From positions 62,581-126,580 of the forward strand of contig JAHPZJ010000015.1 in NCBI GenBank assembly GCA_019058245.1: DNA of 64,000 nucleotides, in the 5' to 3' direction. The DNA is from Promethearchaeota archaeon (GTDB lineage: Archaea > Asgardarchaeota > Lokiarchaeia > Sigyniarchaeales > SOKP01). Numbering within the stretch: position 1 is the first letter of the stretch; each line of letters starts with the position of its first letter. Both the position numbers and the translations under genes were made by a program. Shown here in pieces: positions 28,301 through 36,579 of this stretch. The notes below the pieces were generated by a model. That model did no database searches. It was not told where the DNA came from and saw nothing but the letters and a program-made list of their open reading frames with translations.

Positions 28301-29378
28301 AGAATTATCTAAAACCCATATTTTTGGAGACAATATCCTAATCAAAGGAAAATTAACTAATAATGAAACAGGAGCGGACATTGATGGGGAACTGGTTATA
28401 GGTAAGGTTTATGATAAAGATCAAAATTTGATAGATAATTCTTTACGTGATATTACCAATAACGAAGGAATAATCCATATTGAATATCATTTGCCAAGTG
28501 AAGTTCGCTCCATCTCTATTGAATTAGTGTATAATACATCAGGTACATATTATTCTGCTGGACAAAACTTGCAAACTCTCAAAATAAATCAAATATCTCA
28601 ACTAGAAAATGATCTCAAGGAATTCCTTAAATATTTACCATATATAGTAGCTATTTTAGTAATTGCTCTAGCTACCGTAGTGGGGTTGAGATATAGAAAA
28701 ATCAAATTAAGAAGAATTTGGGCAGGAGAAGCTATGATTTTAGATGATTTACTAAAAATATCCCATGTTATGATTATTCATAAAGATGTGGGTGTTTCGA
28801 TATATGATAAACAATTTTCATTAGAGGATATTGATGCTGATCTAATTTCTGGCTTCCTTCATGCAATCTCACAATTCAGAAGTGAGATTAAGAAAGGAAC
28901 TAGCCCTGATGAGGGCAAGGGATTTGAAATGGATTATGGAGATTTTAAAATTGTGCTTAGCGATGGAAATTATATTAGGACGGCATTAATTCTTGATGGA
29001 ATACCTTCAGAAAAACTTAAAGAAAATCAACTATTATTCACAGAAGAATTTGAGAAGACATTTGAAACTCTATTGAAAGAATTTGATGGTGATGTAACAG
29101 AATTTAGAAAATCAGACGCGCTAATTGAGAAGTATTTCAATATAAGTTTAACTTACCCACTTCAATTAGCAAAACATTATGAACTTATTAAGGTTAAAGG
29201 ATTAGATAAAGCTCTTGTTGAAGTTGCTGACCAAATTCAAAAAGAAAAAAAGTTCTTCTTTACTTCGAACCTTTTAAATTATGCTTTAGCGGGAAGAAAA
29301 GCCTCTCGCGATGAAATAGTAAGTATTATAATTGATTTAAAAAGAAGAGGAGTAATAATTCCCGCATTAGAGGAATAA
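25335..29378 (+). CDS. Large single-pass membrane protein with N-glycosylated ectodomain and cytoplasmic longin-like domain
   Basis: Signal/anchor, many NxS/T sequons, TM near 28641-28690, then VMIIHK..GV.IY...DADLISGFLHAISQF longin-like pattern. Confidence 0.8.
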   Translation: MNIPQKKKSISIIIAINCIILFSNIINISIFNLSSNEGGSDEDLEVKIPDNIKLANNNDPEIEIGSIENREGKIFCDISTSDTDLYVNRYQPGLSIQPELFLQNWNITHARMQFENIYALNYTKNIETEYSEYIVSSEKGPKYIYQMFSVELSQYVNNVSIFILDVFNPANYTDWEIAIVNCSNSGTPNQFETLGKLRKSVPIGMNAKPHWETFDFKNSDGSIYLNKSNTYRTVENEINKYWFAIRVEIPCGNPAQNLKFLYFNPDGDTYSDIGEGETFAQSPEFTFDNYTLNYVKENRTINGTIIKGGIESFKNWTDDNRYIVENESRFVNITTRFELEELKNSRLNWSQLNKTLLWGIKHNDLNWWIRDHYKYVYSIDLNLAINVSNKDGIKNANLTFFNWIDKVWNTSYVISFENLTQTDEMLINYRIKDPITKAIYIVAGINSKENQNNSLKFKFEYESNGTSDFNVSINQFTVEIGELEELTTIQPHDPQIQKLYYCNNVTQSNGTMDFESDGTIEALKFNNDDKRIQNRAETNNISIEFTFDVLTELNNSLWDVDFYDWITVNPYPIIPITEIRVQSNVSISHKNNITLAVLEFFKGNNTSEFLSDEQNDASWIRVSETNRTFAFTEEQTELVYLDAGFTWIFLQFLNRSNNNTIKMRLRYQTNVSDGDPDWAFNVSINHVSINFYIQNAYSSDIASKIGLGLKSATLSPSLIKMQNLGLNITDNGYQRGIWEADISDGSPTEAFFNFNVTSIWPEIIFDVSGIYTIEHSQSYIWEYKLDDSVQKVLWNVSSDISYYDYIDYTTLQNSQGLQIIVPSDWELMEIYDCSVSPPNPNGGWFSTSQSAGHFNTITVYNIYDGSWKISLNSSKSTLLLNVNSTSTYIDKMIKTDIDIKENYGGNIYLKIYNSSSALIFSQITTLNESSLEHSASYYWDIFSTTTSGGTYYLKAFWILYNETHTFLALNITEIVVSKYKVALEILNNQELSKTHIFGDNILIKGKLTNNETGADIDGELVIGKVYDKDQNLIDNSLRDITNNEGIIHIEYHLPSEVRSISIELVYNTSGTYYSAGQNLQTLKINQISQLENDLKEFLKYLPYIVAILVIALATVVGLRYRKIKLRRIWAGEAMILDDLLKISHVMIIHKDVGVSIYDKQFSLEDIDADLISGFLHAISQFRSEIKKGTSPDEGKGFEMDYGDFKIVLSDGNYIRTALILDGIPSEKLKENQLLFTEEFEKTFETLLKEFDGDVTEFRKSDALIEKYFNISLTYPLQLAKHYELIKVKGLDKALVEVADQIQKEKKFFFTSNLLNYALAGRKASRDEIVSIIIDLKRRGVIIPALEE

Positions 29379-29486
29379 AAATCAAAAAGAATTTTTTTAA
29401 TCCTTAAATTATATCATTTTATTTCATATCATTATCAATAAAGGGAATGTAAAATAAAGCAGACTGAGATTGAGACTACATTAAAA

Positions 29487-30749
29487 TTGATTTTAAAGTT
29501 TATCAATGGAGAAACTCGTTCATTACCATTAAAAATACGTAAAAATCCTGAAATTATTCACTACTATAATGAAATAATACGTTTTTGGAATAAATTAAAC
29601 TTTATTATTAAAAGTTCACTCAAATATTCTAAACCTTTAGAAATTGATCAATATCCTAAGTATCTCTATGCTGCTTTCAAAATATTATGGGAACACACAT
29701 CTGAGAAGAATATTCTAATTGAATTAAAAGATATAGATAGAAAATTCTTAAAAAAAGTTAGGACTTTTTCTTGGGATAAAGCTTTAAAACACAAAAATCA
29801 AAGAGAAAAACTCAGTATTTTAACCGCGACACCCAGTTTTATGATTGAACATCTCCTTACGGTAATGAATCTAGAATTCCTGAAGACTAATATTGAATTT
29901 ATGAATGGATTAAATAATATTGAAATAACTGTAAGAATTAATAATCTTCTTGAAAAATCTAATTTACAGAATTTAATACCACATATTAAGGAAAGTCTTA
30001 AACAGGATAAAATTGAATTTATTGAAGATCTCAATGTTCCCGAATTACTATGGATACCAATCTCTCAGAAGAATAAAGTAATTAAAAATCAACTCTACCA
30101 AAAAGGGAATTTAATTTTCCAAGATAAAGCTTCCGCAGCAGTTATTCAAGTCTTATCACCAAAAAAAGAAGAAAAAGTATGTGATATGTGTGCTGCTCCA
30201 GGAATTAAGACAAGTTTAATAGCACAATATATGAATAATAAGGGGTATATAATAGCGGGAGAATTTCTTCCTGAAAGAGCAGAAATTATGAGATTATTAC
30301 TCAATAAATTAAATGTTTCAAATGTATACATTTTAAATACTGATAGTATAGTTTTTCCCATTCGATTTCAAGAATATTTTGATTGTGTTTTATTAGATGC
30401 TCCTTGCACAGGATCAGGTGCCCTTTTAGCGACTCCTGAGTTAAAGTGGCGACAAAACAGAGGATTCTTGCAACAAAATATTATCTTACAGAAAAAATTA
30501 CTTGAAAATGCTCTTAACCTCTTGAAACCTGATGGTGTTTTAGTATATTCTACTTGTAGTCTTTATCCAGAGGAGGGTGAATATCAAATATTAGAATTTG
30601 TAGATCATCTTAAACCATTGGATTTACCTAATTGGTTCTCTCCAAGTTATAAAATTAATGATAAATTCATTCAGGGAACAGGAAGGTTATTTCCTTCAAT
30701 TCATCATACTCAAGGTTTTTTCATAGGAAAATTCAAAAAAAAAGTATAA
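29487..30749 (+). CDS. RsmB/NOP2-family RNA m5C methyltransferase
   Basis: QD.AS, DMCAAPG.KT, LLDAPCTG.G, LVYSTCS..PEE.E. Confidence 0.92.
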   Translation: MILKFINGETRSLPLKIRKNPEIIHYYNEIIRFWNKLNFIIKSSLKYSKPLEIDQYPKYLYAAFKILWEHTSEKNILIELKDIDRKFLKKVRTFSWDKALKHKNQREKLSILTATPSFMIEHLLTVMNLEFLKTNIEFMNGLNNIEITVRINNLLEKSNLQNLIPHIKESLKQDKIEFIEDLNVPELLWIPISQKNKVIKNQLYQKGNLIFQDKASAAVIQVLSPKKEEKVCDMCAAPGIKTSLIAQYMNNKGYIIAGEFLPERAEIMRLLLNKLNVSNVYILNTDSIVFPIRFQEYFDCVLLDAPCTGSGALLATPELKWRQNRGFLQQNIILQKKLLENALNLLKPDGVLVYSTCSLYPEEGEYQILEFVDHLKPLDLPNWFSPSYKINDKFIQGTGRLFPSIHHTQGFFIGKFKKKV

Positions 30750-30760
30750 TTAAATCCATC

Positions 30761-31567
30761 ATGTCAAAAAGAAAATTTTGGACAGTAGGTCAGATTGATG
30801 CAACTGGTGTACGAGGTCCTCATGAGAAAGAGCTTGAAGATATAAGCAACGCAAAATACGAGCTCTTTGTAGATCTGGATCTTACTATTCTAAAGGAAAT
30901 AGTGAATAATGAATTAGGAGGTAAAATTGAAAATATTGGATTTAATGAGGACTGGACAATTACTATTGAAATGTTTCCAGAAGTCAATATCCATATTGCT
31001 TATTCATATTTTGGAGATGAGTTTGGGGATGGTATTGAGGCTGAATTTAAGTATTATTTCTCAGGTGAGCATGTTACTTGGGTTCCTGGTGAAGATAGTG
31101 CGACTTTTATTGATATTACTATGGACTTTATTGAAAGACTATTAAAAAAAGAAGAACCTTTCGAAAAAAATTATGATAAAAAAACAGAATTGATGGAAAA
31201 AGTTTTAGTACAGAGAAATGAGCCATTCTCCTTTCTAAGAGAGGAAAAAAAAAATGAATTAGCTGAATTTATAGGAGGAAAGGTGTGGAAAACCACAGAA
31301 GGTTGGCGAATGAAACGCGAAATCTTTCCTCAAATATTTATAGAACTCATGTGGGATAAAGAAAAAGGGCTTGGTATTTCCTTTTCAGGAGAAAAATTAA
31401 CCAATATAGGTAGCTATCATTTGGAACTTATTGGAATTTTCCTGATCAATCACATTCTTCGATTTATTACCATAAAGAATGAAAATCAAAAACTTCCTGA
31501 CATATGCTATGTTATGTTTTCAAGAATGTATACAAAAGAAAAAGGATGGGAACATAGAAAAAGATAA
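30761..31567 (+). CDS. Hypothetical protein with two internally similar alpha/beta domains
   Basis: Repeated GGK....W....FP...I unit; 11 bp downstream of the methyltransferase gene. Confidence 0.7.
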   Translation: MSKRKFWTVGQIDATGVRGPHEKELEDISNAKYELFVDLDLTILKEIVNNELGGKIENIGFNEDWTITIEMFPEVNIHIAYSYFGDEFGDGIEAEFKYYFSGEHVTWVPGEDSATFIDITMDFIERLLKKEEPFEKNYDKKTELMEKVLVQRNEPFSFLREEKKNELAEFIGGKVWKTTEGWRMKREIFPQIFIELMWDKEKGLGISFSGEKLTNIGSYHLELIGIFLINHILRFITIKNENQKLPDICYVMFSRMYTKEKGWEHRKR

Positions 31568-31570
31568 AAA

Positions 31571-32365
31571 TTAATTTTTAATGGTTTTTCGTCTTATTGA
31601 TATTACACTAATTAGAATTCCTATAAGGGTTAGTATTATATAACTATTACCAAATGGAATTCCATTTTCAGTATCACCACCATTATTATTACCATCATCA
31701 CTCCCATCATCATTGCTACCATTACCATCATCATCTCCACCATCGTCAACGCCATTATCAGGTAGATCAGAATCCATTATCATTTCAAGAATTACTGTAC
31801 TAAAAATCGAAGATACCCAACTAAATTTTGTTAGAACTCCGTTTTCATTATAGGTATATATATATTTAAAATAATAAGTACTAGAATCTAATGTTAAAGT
31901 TGTATCTGATATAGTCATGCTATCAATAACACTCCCCGAAGTTGAAATAAAATATTCCCCAATCAGAGTAAGATTTAATGGTGTAGGAATCACAAAAATC
32001 CAACCATATAGAAAAAATATTCCAATTTGATATTGTATTTCATCAAGAGTTTCATTAAAAGTTAAAAATAACCCATTAATACGTGTTGACCAAGTATCTC
32101 CTGTACTATTATAATAATCTAATCTAACATCCATATTTAGATATCCTCCAGCTCCATAAATATTTTGAACTGATAAATTATATTTATCACCTGTTGTAAA
32201 AGGCGACCCCGCTGAATGTTTAGTCACTATCCAATAATATTTATCATTAATATCTACTGATACAGTTGAATCGCCTATGGTAACAGATCTAGTTATTTTA
32301 GAAAATATCAATAAAGCCATAATGATAACAGTAATACTACTTAAGATTTTTTTATATCTCATCAT
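31571..32365 (-). CDS. Secreted/surface protein with Asp/Gly/Asn linker and C-terminal anchor (CTERM-like sorting signal)
   Basis: Signal peptide; D/G/N low-complexity linker; IPFG motif, TM helix and RRK tail. Confidence 0.75.
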   Translation of the reverse strand: MMRYKKILSSITVIIMALLIFSKITRSVTIGDSTVSVDINDKYYWIVTKHSAGSPFTTGDKYNLSVQNIYGAGGYLNMDVRLDYYNSTGDTWSTRINGLFLTFNETLDEIQYQIGIFFLYGWIFVIPTPLNLTLIGEYFISTSGSVIDSMTISDTTLTLDSSTYYFKYIYTYNENGVLTKFSWVSSIFSTVILEMIMDSDLPDNGVDDGGDDDGNGSNDDGSDDGNNNGGDTENGIPFGNSYIILTLIGILISVISIRRKTIKN

Positions 32366-32460
32366 TATCGACTATATATAGATTGTATTTAAATAATTAT
32401 TATTTCAGAATTCTATATAAGTTTATTTTTCAATTTTGAAAAATTGGTAAAAAAAAGTGG

Positions 32461-33021
32461 TTAAGATGCTGTCCAGAGTATAGACCTTCCCTTTTTATCA
32501 GACCGTTTAATTTTCCTTTCATTCTCTAAATCTGACATAATTTTCCAAATTTGAGAATTACTTAATTTGAAGTATTTTCTCAATTCTGGAGTGGTCATCT
32601 TGGTATCATTTAATAAATTCGGGATTAGTCTTTTAATTTCTTCAATGGTATTTTCATCAGAGTCATCAGCATCTTTATCATCTGGATCGTCAACTTCCAT
32701 TTCTGTTATGATTCTGGATGCGATCTTATTTAATTGATTAATATTATTTTCAATGGCATTCTTAGGTTTCATAAAAAGACAGCATAGTTCTAAATCTTTA
32801 GGAAATGCAACAATATAGAATTTATCATATAATATTGCTCTAGGTTTTTTAACTGATTCATTTCCACCTCGAAATGCTAAATAAAAATTCATCGCAAAGT
32901 CGTCTAAATTTACACCATTATTCGTATGTGAAAACTCTTTTTTCCATTTAAGAAATGGACCATCAATCATATCAAACCCAATTAATGCCGCTCCAAACAT
33001 TTCATTTTCAGTAAAATTCAT
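32461..33021 (-). CDS. Longin/uDENN-like domain fused to winged HTH
   Basis: N-terminal GFDMIDGP motif, acidic linker, C-terminal TTPELRKYFKLSNSQIWKIMSDLENERKI...KGR wHTH; ATGA-like 4-nt overlap with the GTPase gene. Confidence 0.65.
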   Translation of the reverse strand: MNFTENEMFGAALIGFDMIDGPFLKWKKEFSHTNNGVNLDDFAMNFYLAFRGGNESVKKPRAILYDKFYIVAFPKDLELCCLFMKPKNAIENNINQLNKIASRIITEMEVDDPDDKDADDSDENTIEEIKRLIPNLLNDTKMTTPELRKYFKLSNSQIWKIMSDLENERKIKRSDKKGRSILWTAS

Positions 33022-33545
33022 TTATTTCTTCTCCTCCTGATTGCTATTTTATCTAATTCTTTTGTAATAATATTCATCATTTTTAATCGTTCTGAAGGAT
33101 TAATAGCAGTTAATCCATAAGTTTTAATGTGAAGTATATCTTCAACTCTTTTATAATCCATTCGCCCTTCACTTTTCACCAAATCTTGCTTATTTGCGAT
33201 TGCAATGATAGGACAATCTTTTCCCACAAAATGACACGCATAATTAATGAGGTCTCTTGAACTTAAAACATTTCTAGGAGTTGAGTCAGTAACAATAAAA
33301 ATAATATCAGAACCTAAGAGATAATCTCTAGAATAAGTTTTAAGATAACTCTGTTGACCCCCTAAATCCCATAATCTCAAGACATAATCATCCAGCTTAA
33401 TAGTTTTCAAATCCAGACCATGTGTTGGAAAGTATAATCGATTTATTTCATTTTTTGATAGAAGTTTTGCTAAAGTCGTTTTTCCTGTAGCAGGATATCC
33501 TATTAAACTCACTTTCGCCAACTTATCTATTTCAGAACTCAACAT
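33018..33545 (-). CDS. Arf-like small GTPase
   Basis: GYPATGKT, PT.G, WDLGGQ, ANKQD, TA. Confidence 0.9.
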   Translation of the reverse strand: MLSSEIDKLAKVSLIGYPATGKTTLAKLLSKNEINRLYFPTHGLDLKTIKLDDYVLRLWDLGGQQSYLKTYSRDYLLGSDIIFIVTDSTPRNVLSSRDLINYACHFVGKDCPIIAIANKQDLVKSEGRMDYKRVEDILHIKTYGLTAINPSERLKMMNIITKELDKIAIRRRRNK

Positions 33546-33562
33546 TTCAATTCTTAAAATTC

Positions 33563-33587
33563 GATGATTCTTTAATAAAGAATGATC
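33563..33587. promoter_or_regulatory. Palindromic operator overlapping the likely TATA box of the GTPase/longin-wHTH operon
   Basis: GATGATTCTTTA-A-TAAAGAATGATC, 12-bp arms with one mismatch, 18-42 bp upstream of the ATG at 33545; reads TTTATTAA on the minus strand. Confidence 0.5.
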
Positions 33588-33666
33588 AGAAAAAAAATAT
33601 GAATCTGAATAATACCTCGATATTACGTGTGTATTGTCATGACACTATTATAATAAAAAAGAGAAG

Positions 33667-34449
33667 TTATGTATTAGAGGTTTTATCCCCTATTTTCTTA
33701 AACTTAATTTCTACTAGATCGTTTTCTTTAGTTCTTAAAAGATATTTTTTCATAAACTTAGGTAGTAAAAATCCACCATACCAACAAATAGCACTAATTA
33801 TTAAAATTAGTCTTGTAATAATTATTGCAATCTCATTAAGAGGAATTGCCAAATCTAATAGTGATCCAACTGAAAATGTAATATATGCAACTACTAACAG
33901 TTTACCTTTGAGTTTCACCTCTGGATCTTTAGATTTTAAGGAAAGGTTAGCAAACAAAAAACCTGTAAATACAACAATTACTAAAAATGATATAAGAAAT
34001 ATCATTATGAAAGAATTATACCTAACATCAACAGGTGGATTTAGTTCTCCTATTAACTTTGGTTTTACAAAAAGGAATGTAAAGAAAAGAATTTCAAAGA
34101 TTGAGCCATATAGAGAAAAAACCAATAAGATAAGTTTCCGTTTTTCAGTATATAAAAATTCTGTAAAAGCCATTAACCAAACTATAATTGCAAAAGGCAC
34201 GAAAATATTCCCTATAGTAAAATAAGCTTCTGGAGATATTCCAACACTGTTAAATAAAGCTACTAAAAATGATATGGAAGAACTCCACCATGGACAACTA
34301 ATAAATATCCAAGTCATTCCAACCAATAAGTAAATCCTTTCTTTATATTTAAAGTATCTAGAAAGAATAATAACACCAACTAATAATGAAATAGTTACAA
34401 ATACAAGAGAGCAAACCCCGTTAACGATGTCTAAAGGATTTAATGACAT
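33667..34449 (-). CDS. Seven-transmembrane protein of unknown function
   Basis: Seven hydrophobic helices counted by eye; basic C-terminal tail. Confidence 0.75.
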   Translation of the reverse strand: MSLNPLDIVNGVCSLVFVTISLLVGVIILSRYFKYKERIYLLVGMTWIFISCPWWSSSISFLVALFNSVGISPEAYFTIGNIFVPFAIIVWLMAFTEFLYTEKRKLILLVFSLYGSIFEILFFTFLFVKPKLIGELNPPVDVRYNSFIMIFLISFLVIVVFTGFLFANLSLKSKDPEVKLKGKLLVVAYITFSVGSLLDLAIPLNEIAIIITRLILIISAICWYGGFLLPKFMKKYLLRTKENDLVEIKFKKIGDKTSNT

Positions 34450-34547
34450 TTTTTTGAGTATGAATTCGTTTTTTATAATAAATAAAAATTAAGAGATTGG
34501 ATTATATAAATATTAAAGCTTTTTAAGATAATTCTAAACTTTATACT

Positions 34548-36443
34548 TTAAATATTAAATAGAAATATCAATAATATTAACGAAAAGAAGGTAGGACCAA
34601 TTAAACTAATTGTCAATAAACTTTGGGATACCTTTAAGCATTCCTTAAGAGTGTCAATAATAGCGTTAAAATATTGTGGATCCCCCCAAATTTTCACTTT
34701 TTCAAAAGAGTTTTTATACATAAACTCAACGGGCTCTAAATCTTTTTCTGCTTCTTTAATTAGTTTGGCCAGCTTTTCAAGAATAAAATCAATTTTAATT
34801 TTATCACCTATAGGCGAATAACCTCTACTAGAAAATTGTCTAGCAACAGTATGTGAATCAGAAGTGGTGATTTCTCCCTTTTCAATGCCACGATTTTGGA
34901 GCATATTTAAAATAAAAGATCTGATTTCTAAAAAAGCATTATTTCCATCAAAATGAATTAAAATAGTTTTTTGATTATTTATTGCATTTTTAAATAAATG
35001 AACTACTATTCCTCCAAAACCAATTCCATCTTTTTCAGAATATTCTTTAATAGGATCCTTAGCAACCCCATACAGCATATTGGCTTTTTCATTATCCTCT
35101 GGTTTATTATTCACAAAAAATTTCTCAGCAACATTAATTAAATCATTTGCTTCTAAAGAATCCGATTCAATTAATATTTCATCTCCAATTATTGAGTTGT
35201 GTGAATCAATTACTATAACATCATTAAATCCTTCCTTTTGCGCTATATTACGAATATTTTCACCAATTTCAAGTTGAATATCATCAGAAGGTAAAGGGTG
35301 TCTTGTTAAAAAGATAAGTGGGGTGTGGTCAATTACCATCCCAATTAGCTTCGCTGAATTTGAGATTTTCCTTGAAAAATCAACAATTTCCGAACTCCAT
35401 TCTAATGAATCATTCTCAGAAACTCCATTTATATCTTCTTTAATACGGGTAATTACTTTATCAACTTCAACTTGAGATGTCAAATTTTGAGCATGAGTAT
35501 TTGTAGTATGATAAACAGTGGTACCTTGTATATTAGCGAATGCTTTATAAATATGTTCAGGTAAATCAGAAGATCCACATGTCTTAAATGGTCCAAAATG
35601 AATATTTGGAACTATAAATAAACCTTTTATTTTTTTTGTTTCTTTACTTCGAATTATTAGATACTGAATTTTTACATCAGATTGGATACCAACCCTATCA
35701 AAATAGCTTTCTATAAGTTCATCGTTTCCATTAGTTAACATAGAAAGAACAAATGCCCTGATGAAAGGGTATCCTCCCATCCCTGTTGCTTCTTGAAAAA
35801 TGTTACTAACCCGAAATAATCCTCTCCTATAAGGATAAGCGAATATTAAAGCACATACAACAAAAAAGAGTAGAGCTTTAATAAAGAATAAAATATCAAA
35901 AACTTGGAACATAAGGATACTGTAAAGAATAATTGTGGATATAGGTTGAATTAAGGATAAAATTAAATATCCGGGACGTCCAACCGTAGTAAATGAAAAA
36001 TAGATCACGAAAGCTACAATATATGAAAGAATAGTTCCTAATATTAAAAAAACTTCTTGTATTTGAACATCATTCAAAAAAATTGCCAATATTTGTCCAA
36101 GCATATATGTAACTTGAATTACTGCACTGAAAAAGGCATTTATTTGAATGGACCATCCCTTTGGGGGGAGTTTTAGAATAGGAGCTCTATTTGAATAAAG
36201 TAAAATTGCAAAAAGACTTCCAATACCAGATGATATTAGAAAGAGAAAGACAAAACGGAAGAAATGAAAGAATTCAAAATAGGTGGAACCTATAAAATAA
36301 TGTAATAATAGTGATATGAAACCGAAAATAAATGGTGTAATAAAAAAAATGGAATATGCTAATCTTTTTGATGAAAAATATTCCATATACGTAATTATTC
36401 CTGGTATTTGTCGAGATGGTTTTTTTCTTATTATCATAAACAA
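34548..36443 (-). CDS. DUF2070-family archaeal membrane protein
   Basis: N-terminal TMs, HFGPF...GSS.LP, H...H, DSHN, DGNN, TSDSH, C-terminal TM. Confidence 0.85.
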   Translation of the reverse strand: MFMIIRKKPSRQIPGIITYMEYFSSKRLAYSIFFITPFIFGFISLLLHYFIGSTYFEFFHFFRFVFLFLISSGIGSLFAILLYSNRAPILKLPPKGWSIQINAFFSAVIQVTYMLGQILAIFLNDVQIQEVFLILGTILSYIVAFVIYFSFTTVGRPGYLILSLIQPISTIILYSILMFQVFDILFFIKALLFFVVCALIFAYPYRRGLFRVSNIFQEATGMGGYPFIRAFVLSMLTNGNDELIESYFDRVGIQSDVKIQYLIIRSKETKKIKGLFIVPNIHFGPFKTCGSSDLPEHIYKAFANIQGTTVYHTTNTHAQNLTSQVEVDKVITRIKEDINGVSENDSLEWSSEIVDFSRKISNSAKLIGMVIDHTPLIFLTRHPLPSDDIQLEIGENIRNIAQKEGFNDVIVIDSHNSIIGDEILIESDSLEANDLINVAEKFFVNNKPEDNEKANMLYGVAKDPIKEYSEKDGIGFGGIVVHLFKNAINNQKTILIHFDGNNAFLEIRSFILNMLQNRGIEKGEITTSDSHTVARQFSSRGYSPIGDKIKIDFILEKLAKLIKEAEKDLEPVEFMYKNSFEKVKIWGDPQYFNAIIDTLKECLKVSQSLLTISLIGPTFFSLILLIFLFNI

Positions 36444-36579
36444 TTAAAATAAATACTTTAAAAACAATTATGCTTTTTTGAAATTATACCTTCTATACTA
36501 TCGAATAAATTCAGATAATTATATCTTTATGTAAAAAATTATAATAAATTATTAAATAAAATGTTTTTTTATAAGGAAT

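Noticed and set aside
31670-31770. Repetitive CCATCA/CCATTA DNA as a CRISPR or tandem array
   Set aside because: It is the coding sequence of the D/G/N linker; no regular repeat-spacer structure
33599-34225. 208-aa plus-strand ORF
   Set aside because: Antisense shadow of the 7TM gene 33667-34449; no recognisable motifs
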